Shown here in pieces: positions 53,156 through 64,000 of a DNA stretch of 64,000 nt. The translations under genes were made by a program, and so were the position numbers. The first letter of the stretch is position 1; each line of letters starts with the position of its first letter. The notes beneath the pieces are model-generated. The model did not search any database. It was not told where the DNA came from and saw only the letters and a list, made by a program, of their open reading frames with translations. This DNA comes from Gammaproteobacteria bacterium (GTDB taxonomy: Bacteria > Pseudomonadota > Gammaproteobacteria > Eutrophobiales > Eutrophobiaceae), in contig CBDCTH010000012.1 in NCBI GenBank assembly GCA_965222155.1, positions 96,001 through 160,000 on the forward strand, written 5' to 3'.

Positions 53156-53954
53156 AGATATCCAGTATCAATTTACCCGGCATATCCGTGACCCGGCCAA
53201 CGCGCCGGCGCCGGAAGATATCGAAGAGCGACGGATGGCAATCTACCGTGATTTGCTGTATCGAAACGTGGAAAGTTTCCTGGCAAACAGTTTTCCAGTA
53301 CTAAGAAAGGTTCTGAAGGATGATGAATGGCATTCGCTGATGCGGGATTATTTTAAAAACCACCAGTCCCGCACGCCCTTGTTCCCCAGGATGCCCCAGG
53401 AGTTTCTCCAATACCTCCAGAATCAAACAGAAACCGTGTATCCGTTCTTGCTTGAACTGGCTCACTACGAGTGGGTGGAACTGGCGTTGTCAATCGACGC
53501 CCGGGAGATCAGGCTGGAAGGGGTTAATGCGAGCGGCGACCTGTTGTCAGGGATACCGGTGTTGAACGAACTGTCCTGGTCACTGGCTTATCAATACCCG
53601 GTGCATCGTATCGGCCCCGATAACCTGCCCGCGCAAAAACCGGCGCAACCCACTTGCCTGCTCGTTTACCGGGACAGGCGGGATAGTGTAAGGTTTATCG
53701 AGTTGAACCCGCTGGCGGCGCGACTGGTTGATTGCCTCAAACAGAATGAAGGAAAAAAAACCGGCAGGGAGATCCTCATGGGGATTGCCGATGAAATAGC
53801 ACACCCTGAGCCTGAAGCCGTCGTCAACGGTGGGGGCGCTATTCTCGAAGATATGCGCAGCAAGCAAATCGTACTTGGAACGGAAACCATCACCATTGCT
53901 GCGAAAGTTTACCCCTGTATGCTGTTGAGCAGGGGCAGGAATCCAGTCCAATAA
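53124..53954 (+). CDS. HvfC-like (DUF2063) RiPP partner protein
   Basis: [37 protein letters not shown]. Confidence 0.88.
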   Translation: MHPSSAKNSFRDIQYQFTRHIRDPANAPAPEDIEERRMAIYRDLLYRNVESFLANSFPVLRKVLKDDEWHSLMRDYFKNHQSRTPLFPRMPQEFLQYLQNQTETVYPFLLELAHYEWVELALSIDAREIRLEGVNASGDLLSGIPVLNELSWSLAYQYPVHRIGPDNLPAQKPAQPTCLLVYRDRRDSVRFIELNPLAARLVDCLKQNEGKKTGREILMGIADEIAHPEPEAVVNGGGAILEDMRSKQIVLGTETITIAAKVYPCMLLSRGRNPVQ

Positions 53955-54274
53955 AGAGTCGCCAGGGGCGACACATTAATCGACTGGATACCGGGTCAAG
54001 CCCGGTATGACGACGCGGGCAAACCCGTCATTCCGGCGCATGCCGGCGCGTGCTTCCCTCGGCCGTCATCCCGGCGCATACCGGAGCGTGCTTCCCTCAA
54101 CCGTCATTCCGGCGCATGCCGGAATCCAGTCCAATAAAGAGTCGCCAGGGGCGACACATTAATCGACTGGATACCGGGTCAAGCCCGGTATGACGACGCG
54201 GGCAAACCCGTCATCCCGGCGCATACCGGAGCGTGCTTCCCTCGACCGTCATTCCGGCGCATGCCGGAATCCAG
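53893..54274. repeat. Cluster of CGTC REPs with a ~183-bp tandem duplication
   Basis: GGAATCCAGTCCAATAAAGAGTCGCC...CAAACCCGTCAT at 53938 and 54121; several CGTCATYCCGGCGCATRCCGG units. Confidence 0.82.
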
Positions 54275-54288
54275 TAGATAAATCTTCC

Positions 54289-55497
54289 TTATGAATTACG
54301 CATGCGTAACCGTAATGCGTTCAGTTTTATGAACCCTTCCGCGTCTTTTTGATCGTAGCTGCCGGCATCGCTTTCGAAAGTGGCGATGTCCTGGTTGAAC
54401 AAGCTGTTCGTATCCGACTTACGACCGCAGACGATGACGTTGCCTTTATACAGTTTCAGGCGGACGCGGCCGTTTACCGTTACCTGTGTCTCGTCGATAA
54501 GCTTCTGCAAGGCCAGGCGTTCAGGACTCCACCAGTAGCCGTTGTATATCATCCTGGCATAACGCGGCATCAGGTCATCCTTTATATGCGCCAGTTCGCG
54601 ATCCAGAGTAATGGATTCCATGGCGCGGTGGGCTTTGAGTAATATCGTTCCCCCAGGGGTTTCATAGCAGCCACGTGATTTCATGCCCACGTAGCGGTTC
54701 TCGACAATATCAGTTCGACCTATGCCGTGCTTCCCGCCGGTTTCATTCAGCGCCTTCAGTAGCTGTGCCGGGGACATGGCAACACCGTTCAAGGCACTGG
54801 CGTCGCCGCGGCTGAAATCCAGTTCGATGATTTCCGCCTTATCGGGGGCGTATTCGGGCGCTGCGCTCCAGCGCCAAATGGAGTCATCCGGCTCCTGCCA
54901 TGGGTCTTCCAGGTCGCCGCCTTCGTAGGAAATATGCAATAAATTGGCGTCCATGGAATAGGGGGAGGAACCCGCGCGTTTGGCTTCAATGGGGATGCCG
55001 TGTTGTTCGGCATAAGCCAGCAGTTTTTGCCTGGAATCCAGTTCCCACTCGCGCCAGGGCGCAATTATCTTGATATCCGGTTTGAGGGCGTAAGCGCCCA
55101 ACTCAAAACGGACCTGGTCGTTTCCTTTTCCGGTGGCGCCGTGGGCTATCGCGTCGGCGCCTGTTTCTTCGGTGATCTCTATCAGGCGTTTAGCGACAAG
55201 GGGGCGGGCTATGGAGGTACCCAGGAGGTATTCACCCTCGTATAAGGTGTTTGCCCGGAACATCGGGAAGACGAAGTCCCGGACGAACTGTTCCACCAGG
55301 TCTTCGATGTATATTTCCTTTACCCCCAGGCTTTCAGCTTTAGCCCGCGCATGGGTGACTTCTTCGCCCTGGCCGATATCCGCGGTGAAGGTCACCACTT
55401 CGCACTGGTAGGTATCCTGCAGCCATTTCAGTATAACGGAGGTATCAAGACCCCCGGAATAGGCAAGGACGACTTTATTGACTTGTTTACTGACCAT
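54289..55497 (-). CDS. argG: Argininosuccinate synthase
   Basis: [36 protein letters not shown]. Confidence 0.97.
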   Translation of the reverse strand: MVSKQVNKVVLAYSGGLDTSVILKWLQDTYQCEVVTFTADIGQGEEVTHARAKAESLGVKEIYIEDLVEQFVRDFVFPMFRANTLYEGEYLLGTSIARPLVAKRLIEITEETGADAIAHGATGKGNDQVRFELGAYALKPDIKIIAPWREWELDSRQKLLAYAEQHGIPIEAKRAGSSPYSMDANLLHISYEGGDLEDPWQEPDDSIWRWSAAPEYAPDKAEIIELDFSRGDASALNGVAMSPAQLLKALNETGGKHGIGRTDIVENRYVGMKSRGCYETPGGTILLKAHRAMESITLDRELAHIKDDLMPRYARMIYNGYWWSPERLALQKLIDETQVTVNGRVRLKLYKGNVIVCGRKSDTNSLFNQDIATFESDAGSYDQKDAEGFIKLNALRLRMRNS

Positions 55498-55609
55498 GCG
55501 GGTATTAAGGGGACGGATTTAAATCCATCCTCATATTCGTCTTTTGTCAAGGGGACGGATTTAAATCCGTCCCCATATTACGCATATTATAGAGGGATTA
55601 TATACTTGC

Positions 55610-56074
55610 TCAGCCGTTAACGCCTGTTTTTTCGGCGGTCGGGTATTCCCCGGGCCAGACGTTCAGGTAGAGCAGGTCCAGGTCCACCCCTCGCATGACC
55701 GGGTAGTGTTTATAATCATGACGGTTCACCCAGGCATAGTCGGTGTGTTCATGGTTGAGCCTGATTTCGCCGCCCAGCCAGCGCAGGTGAAACAGGTAAA
55801 ATTCGTAAATTTTGTCGGAAATTTCGTCCCTGACCGGTTCAAGGTGTCTAATGAGTTCCACTGAAATATTCTCGCCGATTTCTTCGGACAGTTCCCGTGA
55901 GGCACATTGTTCCGGTGACTCGCCTTCCTCAAGATGTCCGGCGGGAAACCCCCATAGGCCGGGTCCGTATTTGCTGGCTGTGCTCCTTTTCAATAAAAGG
56001 ATTTCACTGTCTTCGTTTTCCACAACGTTGACGGAAAACCGGCCTGCGACAGGTGGAGTAGTGTCCTGTTTCAC
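55610..56074 (-). CDS. NUDIX hydrolase
   Basis: Nudix box GHLEEGESPEQCASRELSEEIG. Confidence 0.88.
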   Translation of the reverse strand: MKQDTTPPVAGRFSVNVVENEDSEILLLKRSTASKYGPGLWGFPAGHLEEGESPEQCASRELSEEIGENISVELIRHLEPVRDEISDKIYEFYLFHLRWLGGEIRLNHEHTDYAWVNRHDYKHYPVMRGVDLDLLYLNVWPGEYPTAEKTGVNG

Positions 56075-56119
56075 ATCAAGCCACCTCGGTCATCATTTAT
56101 GATAATGGTGATTTGTTCA

Positions 56120-56245
56120 CTGGATTCCGGGTCAAGCCCGGAATGCCTGTCCCGGCATGTTGTACGCCGGGGACGAACAAAAGGCGCCGGAATGCCTGTC
56201 CCGGTATGTTGTATCCCGGGGACGAACAAAAGGTGCCGGAATGAT
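56120..56245. repeat. CGTC-family REP variant with ~49-bp internal duplication
   Basis: CCGGAATGCCTGTCCCGGYATGTTGTA..CCGGGGACGAACAAAAGG twice. Confidence 0.7.
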
Positions 56246-56251
56246 TGTTGG

Positions 56252-57607
56252 TTACAACAGAATATCACGGATATCCGTGAGAATTTCTCCCAGTGTCCGG
56301 GTGAATTGTGCCGCGGCAACACCGTCGATTACCCGGTGGTCATAGGAAAGGGAGTAGGGCAGGACTAGCCGGGGCTCAAACTTGCCGTCCAGGTATACGG
56401 GTTTTGTCGCGGCTCGGGACACGCCGAGAATGGCTACCTCCGGTGAGTTGATAATGGGAGTAAACCCGGTGCCGCCGATATGGCCCAGGCTGCTTATGGT
56501 AAAACAGCCTCCCTCCATATCGGTCGGACGAAGTTTTTTATCCCGGGCCTTTTGCGCCAGTTCAGCGAGTTCTCGCGCCAGTTCGAACATGCCTTTAAGA
56601 TTGGCGTCTTTCACCACGGGTACTACCAGCCCCTGGCTGGTATTGACCGCGATGCCGATATGGAAGTACTGCTTATAGATCAACTCTTTGCCATCGGGAC
56701 CCAGGGAAGAGTTAAATTCCGGAAACTTTCTCAGGGCGACCACCACGGCTTTGACCAGGAAACTGAGCAGGGTGAGCTTGACGCCGCGCCGTTCGGCTTC
56801 GAATTTTTTCGACTGGCGGAAGGCTTCCAGGTCGGTTATATCTGTTTCGTCATGCTGGGTAACGTGGGGTACATTGACCCAGTTGCGGTGCAGGTTCTGG
56901 CCGCCGAGTTGTTTCAGGCGTGACAGCGGCCGGGTTTCGACCGGGCCGAATTTGGAAAAATCCACCGGCAGAATTTCCGGAACCGCCGCCCGGTCAACCA
57001 CGCGTTTGCCCGTCATCACAGTCTTGGTGAAGGCTGTAACGTCTTCTTTTAATATGCGCTCTTTTTTACCGCTACCCTTGACCAGGCCGAGGTCAACGCC
57101 CAGTTCCCGGGCAAACTTACGCACCCCCGGGCTGGCATGTGCCCTGGATGAGGCGCTTGTGCCTATGGTTTGTGCGCCGGTCGGGGTCCTGGGCGCCGGT
57201 TTTGGACCGTGTCCTGCCGACGTTGATAGAACCTCAGGCACTTCAGCGACCGTCTCTATCCTCTTATCTGTTCCGGTTTCTTTCCTGTCAGTGATTGTTT
57301 CGCTTTGGGCTGTGGCGGCCGGCATCCCCTGGTTAGCATTATCCGTGGATTCCTCACCCTGAGCGTCATCTTCTTCCAGTTTCAGGATCACTGTTCCCTG
57401 GGATACGGCATCTCCGACCTTGACCATAAGTTCCCTGACGAGACCGGCAGCGGGGGAGGGAATCTCCATGGTGGCTTTATCCGATTCCAGGGTGAGCAAG
57501 GTATCTTCCGGTTTAACCTTGTCACCTGGTTGCACCGCGATCTCAATGATTTCAACCGTATCGAAATCACCGATATGAGGAACGGGAATATCAGTAAGCT
57601 GTCCCAT
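56252..57607 (-). CDS. aceF: Pyruvate dehydrogenase E2, single lipoyl domain
   Basis: [28 protein letters not shown]. Confidence 0.95.
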   Translation of the reverse strand: MGQLTDIPVPHIGDFDTVEIIEIAVQPGDKVKPEDTLLTLESDKATMEIPSPAAGLVRELMVKVGDAVSQGTVILKLEEDDAQGEESTDNANQGMPAATAQSETITDRKETGTDKRIETVAEVPEVLSTSAGHGPKPAPRTPTGAQTIGTSASSRAHASPGVRKFARELGVDLGLVKGSGKKERILKEDVTAFTKTVMTGKRVVDRAAVPEILPVDFSKFGPVETRPLSRLKQLGGQNLHRNWVNVPHVTQHDETDITDLEAFRQSKKFEAERRGVKLTLLSFLVKAVVVALRKFPEFNSSLGPDGKELIYKQYFHIGIAVNTSQGLVVPVVKDANLKGMFELARELAELAQKARDKKLRPTDMEGGCFTISSLGHIGGTGFTPIINSPEVAILGVSRAATKPVYLDGKFEPRLVLPYSLSYDHRVIDGVAAAQFTRTLGEILTDIRDILL

Positions 57608-57609
57608 GG

Positions 57610-60267
57610 TTATACATCCACCGGGTTGGGTTTTTCCGGATCAATATGGTATTTCATCATTGCCTCGGTGACCTTTTCCGCAGGGATTTTACCTTCGTCG
57701 GCCAATGCCTTGAGGGCAGCAACGACTACGTAATGACGGTCTACTTCAAAGAACTTTCTCAACTTGGCGCGGGTATCGCTTCTTCCATAGCCATCCGTAC
57801 CCAGTACCACGTAAGGAGCAGGCACGTGGCGCCGGATCTGGTCTGCATAGAGCTTCATATAATCCGTTGCTGCAATCACGGGACCGTCGTTGTGTTCCAG
57901 GCACTGATTGACGTAACTCTTTTTCGCGCTCTGTTCCGGGTGCAACATGTTCCAGCGATCAATGTCCAGACAGTCACGGCGCAATTCGTTAAAACTGGTT
58001 ACGCTCCAGATGTCGGCGGCCACGCCAAAGTCATTTCCAAGTAATTCTGCCGCGGCCAGCACTTCTCGCAGGATGGTGCCTGAACCTAACAACTGCACTC
58101 GCAGTTTCCCATCGGCGCCCTCTTGTAACAGGTACATGCCTTTCAATATCCCTTCCGTCGAGTCCTCCGGCATTGCCGGATGCGGGTAGTTCTCGTTCAT
58201 GACCGTAATGTAATAATAAACGTCTTCATTATTGCCATACATGCGGCGTAACCCGTCATGAATAATGATGGCAAGTTCGTAACAATAGGTCGGATCGTAA
58301 GAGATACAATTGGGAATGGTGGACGCCAGCAGGTGACTGTGGCCATCCTGGTGTTGCAGTCCTTCGCCGGCCAGGGTGGTCCTGCCGGCAGTACCGCCTA
58401 TGAGAAAACCGCGGGAACGCAGATCACCTGCCGCCCAGGCAAGGTCGCCGGTCCGCTGGAAGCCGAACATAGAGTAGAAGATATAAAACGGTATCATCTG
58501 CACCCCGTGGTGTTTATAGGCTGTGGCAGCCGCTATCCATGAGGAAAACGCTCCGGCTTCAGTAATGCCCTCTTCGAGAATCTGTCCTTTTTTGTCCTCG
58601 CGGTAATACATGACGTGGTCAATGTCCACGGGCTCATACAGTTGTCCTACTGATGAATAGATGCCCAGTTGCCTGAACATGCCTTCCATGCCGAAAGTGC
58701 GGGCTTCATCAGGGACGATGGGGACGATGTATTTACCTATGTTCTTGTCTTTTGCCAGGATGTTGAGGATACGAACGAAGGCCATCGTAGTGGATATTTT
58801 CCTCTTGCCCGTGCCGGCCAGTATTTTCTCATGTATGTTGACACCAGGTGTTGCAAGGGCCGGCGCCTGGGGCCATTTTTGCAGCAGGAAGCCGCCCAGC
58901 TTTTCCCGCTGCTCATGCATGTATTTCAGTTCGGCGCTGTCATCAGCTGGTTTATAGAAAGCAGCGTTGGCAACGTCTTCATCCGATACCGGTATATTGA
59001 AGCGCTGACGGAATGCCTTCAGGGCCTCCTCGCCCATCTTCTTTTGCTGGTGAGTGATATTTTGTCCCTCGCCGGCCTCACCCATGCCGTAGCCTTTAAC
59101 TGTTTTTGCCAGGATGACCGTGGGTTGCCCCCGGTGTTTGACTGCGGCGGCGTAGGCGGCATAGACTTTGTGGGGGTCATGCCCACCTCGATTAAGACGC
59201 CATATATCTTCATCGGACATGTTGGCAACCAGCGCTTTCAATTCAGGGTGCTTACCGAAAAATTTCTCTCTCACGTAGGCGCCGTCATTGGCCTTATAGG
59301 CCTGGTATTCGCCGTCCACCGTTTCTTCCATCAGCTTGAGCAGCTTACCTTCGGTATCCCGGGCGATTAACGGGTCCCAGTATGAACCCCAGATCACTTT
59401 GATGACATTCCAGCCGGCGCCGCGAAAATCGGCTTCCAGTTCCTGGATGATTTTCCCGTTGCCGCGTACCGGGCCATCCAGTCGTTGCAGGTTGCAGTTG
59501 ACTACAAAAATCAGGTTATCCAGTTTTTCCCGGGCGGCAAGACCGATAGAACCCAACGCTTCCGGCTCGTCCATTTCCCCGTCTCCCATAAAAGTCCAGA
59601 TCTTCCGGTCGCTGGGCGGGATCAGTTCCCGGTGCTCCAGGTAACGCATAAACCTCGCCTGGTAGATGGCCATCAGAGATCCCAGACCCATTGAGACCGT
59701 GGGGAATTGCCAGAAATCCGGCATCAGCCAGGGATGCGGATAGGAAGAAAGGCCGTCGCCGTCGACCTCCTGGCGAAACTTGCCGATCTGTTGTTCGCTT
59801 AACTGGCCGTACAGGAAGGCGCGTGCATATATGCCCGGCGCAGAGTGCCCCTGGATAAAAACCAGATCACCCCCTTGCTGTTCCGTTGCTGCGCGAAAAA
59901 AGTGGTTGAATCCCACGTCGTACAGTGTTGCCGATGACGCAAAGCTGGCGATGTGTCCGCCCAGTTCGGCGCTGAAACGATTGGCCCTCACGACCATAGC
60001 CAGTGCGTTCCAGCGTATCAGTGATCGAATACGCCATTCCATTCCCGGGTCGCCCGGCGCACGTTCTTCCCGGGAAGGCGGGATAGTGTTCAGGTAGGCG
60101 GTATTGGCTGAATAGGGTAGATAAGCGCCGGATTTCCTGGCTTTGGCAATCAACTGCTCCAGCAGGTAGTGCGCGCGTTCAATCCCTTCCTGGGCCAGGA
60201 CTGAATCCAGCGCTTCAAGCCATTCCTGGGTTTCCTGTGGGTCAATGTCAATTATTTTTTCCGGCAT
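57610..60267 (-). CDS. aceE: Pyruvate dehydrogenase E1 (homodimeric)
   Basis: [33 protein letters not shown]. Confidence 0.97.
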   Translation of the reverse strand: MPEKIIDIDPQETQEWLEALDSVLAQEGIERAHYLLEQLIAKARKSGAYLPYSANTAYLNTIPPSREERAPGDPGMEWRIRSLIRWNALAMVVRANRFSAELGGHIASFASSATLYDVGFNHFFRAATEQQGGDLVFIQGHSAPGIYARAFLYGQLSEQQIGKFRQEVDGDGLSSYPHPWLMPDFWQFPTVSMGLGSLMAIYQARFMRYLEHRELIPPSDRKIWTFMGDGEMDEPEALGSIGLAAREKLDNLIFVVNCNLQRLDGPVRGNGKIIQELEADFRGAGWNVIKVIWGSYWDPLIARDTEGKLLKLMEETVDGEYQAYKANDGAYVREKFFGKHPELKALVANMSDEDIWRLNRGGHDPHKVYAAYAAAVKHRGQPTVILAKTVKGYGMGEAGEGQNITHQQKKMGEEALKAFRQRFNIPVSDEDVANAAFYKPADDSAELKYMHEQREKLGGFLLQKWPQAPALATPGVNIHEKILAGTGKRKISTTMAFVRILNILAKDKNIGKYIVPIVPDEARTFGMEGMFRQLGIYSSVGQLYEPVDIDHVMYYREDKKGQILEEGITEAGAFSSWIAAATAYKHHGVQMIPFYIFYSMFGFQRTGDLAWAAGDLRSRGFLIGGTAGRTTLAGEGLQHQDGHSHLLASTIPNCISYDPTYCYELAIIIHDGLRRMYGNNEDVYYYITVMNENYPHPAMPEDSTEGILKGMYLLQEGADGKLRVQLLGSGTILREVLAAAELLGNDFGVAADIWSVTSFNELRRDCLDIDRWNMLHPEQSAKKSYVNQCLEHNDGPVIAATDYMKLYADQIRRHVPAPYVVLGTDGYGRSDTRAKLRKFFEVDRHYVVVAALKALADEGKIPAEKVTEAMMKYHIDPEKPNPVDV

Positions 60268-60347
60268 TAGCTCAGATTGTCCGACTGGTGAAATCTATAC
60301 CCGGAATTATAACTGTAACGGGGATAAATGACTCGGCCTGCAGGCAG

Positions 60348-60388
60348 AAAAAAAACACCGCCACCGGAGGGGGAGAACCGGTGGCGGT
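60348..60388 (-). terminator. Rho-independent terminator
   Basis: ACCGCCACCGG/CCGGTGGCGGT stem followed by T8 on the minus strand. Confidence 0.7.
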
Positions 60389-60450
60389 AAAGCATGGGAG
60401 TTGGAACACTCCCAGGGGATAGAGGGGAGAAAAACCTGTTTCAGCACTGA

Positions 60451-60801
60451 TTACATGTTATCCGGTTGATTAACAATCAAGCCTCTCTGAATAGCTCGGT
60501 GCTGATTTAAATTCAATACGCCAAAACGATACGGTTGGGGGATGCCGATAGCGCGGTTGGCAACCGGAAACCCAAAGCGCTTCGCCTGAACGCCTTGATC
60601 CTCATCGCCCTTAGTGGGAACAATCAGCCGATTGCTCTCATACAGGCGCTGCACGTTGTCTTTCAATTCCTGAAAAACCTGTGTGCGAATGGCGTTGTCC
60701 AGGTAGCGGTCGATCTCATCAGCATGATTCTCGACGCTGGCCAGGACCAGTAAGCCTGCAATTAAAGTGGCAGCAAAGGTTTTGCCGGTTAAGATTTTCA
60801 T
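60451..60801 (-). CDS. Hypothetical secreted protein
   Basis: Signal-peptide-like N-terminus; AGGAG RBS. Confidence 0.6.
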   Translation of the reverse strand: MKILTGKTFAATLIAGLLVLASVENHADEIDRYLDNAIRTQVFQELKDNVQRLYESNRLIVPTKGDEDQGVQAKRFGFPVANRAIGIPQPYRFGVLNLNQHRAIQRGLIVNQPDNM

Positions 60802-60999
60802 TTTCTTTCTCCTTAAATATGTAAGTTATCTAACTAAATATGGGCGAAAAAAATTTATTCAATAGTGTGGAATAAATTTATCATCCAACCCGATAGACCT
60901 TGCGACAAAATAAGTCATCTATTTTATTTAATGTTGTCTCTTCCATTTCTTTCTTAGTTAATAAACTAACTAAAATTCTGTTCAAAAAAAATTCCTCAG

Positions 61000-61599
61000 T
61001 TATGCGGCGGCCCGTTCCTCGTCCCGGGAGACCTTATCAAGGTCTGTTATCCAGCTACCCACCGCGTTGAATTGCTCTTTAAGTTGCCGGGGGTCCCGCA
61101 AAATATTACCCAGCAAAATAACCCCTTCTATGCGAGCAACGAATTCAAATCCCAGCTCCTCCGCCTGTTTCATGCCCATCAGGCGAAACTGCTCCGTTGA
61201 CCAATCCACCAAAAATTTCATACAACTGTCCGCAGAATCCATGAGCTCCGCAAATTCTTCATCCAATTCCTGGCACAGGCCGCTCAATGGGCACCCCGCT
61301 TCCACCAATTCCTTACTATGACTACTCATTACCTTAACCAGATTCATCAATGCCTCTTTTGGTTCCCTCCTTCTGCAACAATTCTTCAACATATTTGATA
61401 ACGTTTGCTTCCGTTCAGAGATTACCGCCTTACAGATATCTTCCTTGGTCTTGAAATAGTAGTACACGTTACCCAACGGAACCCTGGACTCTTCGGCTAT
61501 ATGGGACAGCGTGGTACGGCAAAACCCCTGCCTGTGTATCAGGGTATCTGCAGCACTAATCAAGCGTTCGCGTTTATCACTTATCCTAGGCATAAACAT
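61000..61599 (-). CDS. TetR family regulator
   Basis: QGFCRTTLSHIAEESRVPLGNVYYYFKTKE, GCP motif. Confidence 0.92.
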   Translation of the reverse strand: MFMPRISDKRERLISAADTLIHRQGFCRTTLSHIAEESRVPLGNVYYYFKTKEDICKAVISERKQTLSNMLKNCCRRREPKEALMNLVKVMSSHSKELVEAGCPLSGLCQELDEEFAELMDSADSCMKFLVDWSTEQFRLMGMKQAEELGFEFVARIEGVILLGNILRDPRQLKEQFNAVGSWITDLDKVSRDEERAAA

Positions 61600-61681
61600 A
61601 CCTTAGTTAGCTACTTGACTAAGTATTGTAATGACTGAATCTGAAATGTCAAGTCTTTTTTCTAAAAAAATTAATTTATGG

Positions 61682-61807
61682 CAGCAGTTCCCGCTAACTC
61701 CCGGGATCGGGGGCCTCCTGCCCTCGTGGAGGGCGAGACGCCCTCGATCCCAGGGAAATATGCCCCGTGACTCCTGGGGGACAGATTTAAATCTGTCCCC
61801 CTGTCTT
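61682..61807. mobile_element. Truncated copy of the 176-bp MITE
   Basis: CAGCAGTTCCCGCTAACTC end plus REP palindrome; other end missing (another partial copy ends at 36446). Confidence 0.75.
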
Positions 61808-61874
61808 GTGATAGCTATATCGTCCGGCCAGTGTAGTGTTTGAAAATTCGCTGTCAGCGGCTTATAATCACAAT

Positions 61875-62399
61875 ATGCCACTGAGAAAAATGCTTATTGC
61901 GCTACTACTTGGATTATTCAGCCTGTCTGCTCTGGCCGGACCTGAGGTGGGGCAGCCCGCGCCCGGATTTTCAATGCCGGATCAATATATGAAAGCCCAC
62001 AGCCTGGAGCAGTATCTGGGCAAGTGGGTGGTGCTGTACTTTTATCCGAAAGATGATACGCCCGGTTGCACCACGGAGGCCTGCAATTTCCGGGATGACA
62101 TCTTTAAACTCCGGGCCATGGATGCGGAAGTCCTCGGCATCAGTCTCGACAGTACGGAAAGCCATGCCCGGTTTGCGGAGAAATACGGTCTGCCGTTTCC
62201 GTTATTATCCGATGCCGCGGGTGAAACAGCTGAGCAATATGGCTGTCTGACGGAGTGGAGAGGCATGACAATCGCTGCACGGCACACATTCATCATCGAC
62301 CCTGGCGGCAACATCGCGAAGATCTACCGGGAAGTGGATCCGGACACCCACAGCGCCCAGGTCCTGGCGGACCTGGCATCCCTGCAAGCTGATAAATAG
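61875..62399 (+). CDS. Peroxiredoxin (BCP/PrxQ) with signal peptide
   Basis: YFYPKDDTPGCTTEAC. Confidence 0.9.
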   Translation: MPLRKMLIALLLGLFSLSALAGPEVGQPAPGFSMPDQYMKAHSLEQYLGKWVVLYFYPKDDTPGCTTEACNFRDDIFKLRAMDAEVLGISLDSTESHARFAEKYGLPFPLLSDAAGETAEQYGCLTEWRGMTIAARHTFIIDPGGNIAKIYREVDPDTHSAQVLADLASLQADK

Positions 62400-62503
62400 C
62401 GCTCAAGACAGGGGGGACAGATTTAAATCTGTCCCCCAGGAGATAACTATGGCCGATGACCAAAATTATTAGTGAAAATCCTCAATGACCAGCGGAGGCA
62501 AAT

Positions 62504-62714
62504 ATGATTAGAAGTTTCACCTTGGATTTTTTGGACTGATGAGGGTTGGTTTGTCGGGAAACTCCGCGAAGTTCCTGGTGTTTTCAGCCAGGGAGAGAGT
62601 CTGGAAGAACTAAAAGTAAACATCCAGGACGCTTATGGCCTGATGATGCAGGAAACAATGCAGGCGCCTGTGGAAAAATTTAACTTAACAGAATTGAAAA
62701 TGGATATACCTTGA
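62504..62714 (+). pseudogene. HicB antitoxin with +1 frameshift in a T6 run
   Basis: MIRSFTLDF|WTDEGWFVGKLREVPGVFSQGESLEELKVNIQDAY reads through only if one T of 62527-62532 is removed. Confidence 0.75.
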
Positions 62715-62893
62715 AGCGAAAGGATTTAATCAAACGCCTTGCCGATGAAGGATGTTACTTGAAAAGGCATGGAAGAAAGCATGATATTGATACTAATCCC
62801 CGTAATGGCAGACAAGCGCCGGTACCAAGACATCAGGAAATCAGGGATAGTTTGTGCAAATTAGTTAATCAACAATTGGGAATATCCGCCTGA
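62711..62893 (+). CDS. HicA family toxin
   Basis: MKRKDLIKRL..EGC...RHGRKHD...PVPRH. Confidence 0.82.
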   Translation: MKRKDLIKRLADEGCYLKRHGRKHDIDTNPRNGRQAPVPRHQEIRDSLCKLVNQQLGISA

Positions 62894-62944
62894 CGTGCAC
62901 GCTTCATCTCATCGCGTTTTGAGACTCATTTCACTGAACTTCTC

Positions 62945-63373
62945 TTAAAGCAGTTTCCCCCTTACCCGGCAGGAGTATCCCTCGAACAGGGCGATAAGGT
63001 TGTCATCCTGATCGGTTACTGTGACCTGGTAACGGCCGTAGCGGCCATCCTGGGACTGGTGTTCGGTGGTTGCCGTCAGGTGGTCGCCTGCTTTCCCGGG
63101 CCGTTTGTATTCGATACTGCATTTTTGCGCCAGGTTCACGTCGTTGCGGGTGTTACAAGCGCAGGCAAAAGCCGTGTCTGCCAAGGTGAAGATGAAACCC
63201 CCATGGCAAATGCCGTGACCATTCAGCATTTCAGTCTTTACCGGCATATTGAGACGGGCGAATCCTTCCCGTACCTCATCGATGGTAATCCCAATGTTTC
63301 GTGAGGCGACGTCCTTGTCGTACATGGCATCGACACAGGCCCGCGCCAGTTCATCTCCGGTCAGATCAGTCAT
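62945..63373 (-). CDS. paaI: Phenylacetyl-CoA thioesterase
   Basis: [26 protein letters not shown]. Confidence 0.9.
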   Translation of the reverse strand: MTDLTGDELARACVDAMYDKDVASRNIGITIDEVREGFARLNMPVKTEMLNGHGICHGGFIFTLADTAFACACNTRNDVNLAQKCSIEYKRPGKAGDHLTATTEHQSQDGRYGRYQVTVTDQDDNLIALFEGYSCRVRGKLL

Positions 63374-64000
63374 CCCGGCGTTCCACCAGGGTCATGACGT
63401 CATACAAGGCTACGGTTTTTTCCTCCTGGTTGATGATCTCCACTGCCCACCTGACTACTCCGGTAGCCCGGGTATCATCGGGACGCTTGTCTTTCTTTAT
63501 CTTTTGTTTAACCACGATTTTTACCCGGATCGTATCGCCGATACCCACGGGCTCGATGAAACGCAGGTTTTCCAGGCCGTAGTTGGCTAATACCGGCCCG
63601 GGCGCCGGATCCACGAACATACCGGCAGCCGCGGATATAAGGAAATACCCGTGCGCCACGCGTTTGCCGAACAATGATTCCGCCGCGGCAATTTTATCGA
63701 AATGGGCATAGAAGTGATCCCCGGTCAGGCAACCGAAATTGACGATATCCGCCTCGGTCACGGTACGCCGGTAGCTCTTGTGGGTTTCGCCGACCTGCAG
63801 TTCTTCAAAGTATTTACGGAAACGGGTGCACCTTGTCCGTTATCGGTGTCGCGCCCTGGTGATATTCACCGGTCAGGCGCATCAGCGTTGTCGGTGAACC
63901 TTGTATCGCCGTGCGTTGCATATAATGCTTGATGGCTCTTTCACCCCCCAGCTCTTCGCCACCACCGGCCCGACCCGGTCCGCCGTGGACCAGCGCCGGC
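63366..64000 (-). pseudogene. paaZ: PaaZ C-terminal part (partial) with apparent +1 frameshift near 63820
   Basis: [26 protein letters not shown]...VHPF then out-of-frame RKYFEEL...GDHFYAH...[11 protein letters not shown]. Confidence 0.8.

Overview
Chromosomal segment of a gammaproteobacterium. Housekeeping genes include mpl 3' end, rsxE-like-nth, nhaA, fdxA-mutS, htpG, prmB, aroC, tldD, hom-thrC, recJ-prfB-lysS, argG, aceEF and paaI/paaZ. A ~22 kb decaying defence/accessory island (~2.3-24 kb) holds a type IIG R-M gene, a nuclease-STAND NTPase, AbiE modules, an AAA_21/DUF4276 pair and several toxin-antitoxin (TA) loci. Small palindromic repeats and MITEs are dense throughout. The most striking item is a complete 2.4 kb IS1595-family transporter element (6798-9224; ~24-bp terminal inverted repeats (TIRs), 8-bp ATTTAAAT target duplication). 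It carries a hicBA operon, a 48-aa RGRP micro-ORF and a well-formed tRNA gene with a leucine-type body but an alanine (CGC) anticodon, i.e. a candidate mobile mistranslating tRNA. It sits inside the palindromic core of a 176-bp MITE whose copies have 9-bp target site duplications (TSDs). Also notable: a GxxExxY gene bracketed by ~32-bp inverted repeats, with a gene-less copy of the same ends elsewhere; a 5.5 kb insert flanked by identical 38-bp direct repeats; and an hvfABC (MNIO RiPP) cluster whose precursor has 13 EGKCG motifs. All calls come from reading the sequence and recalled family motifs; no searches were run.
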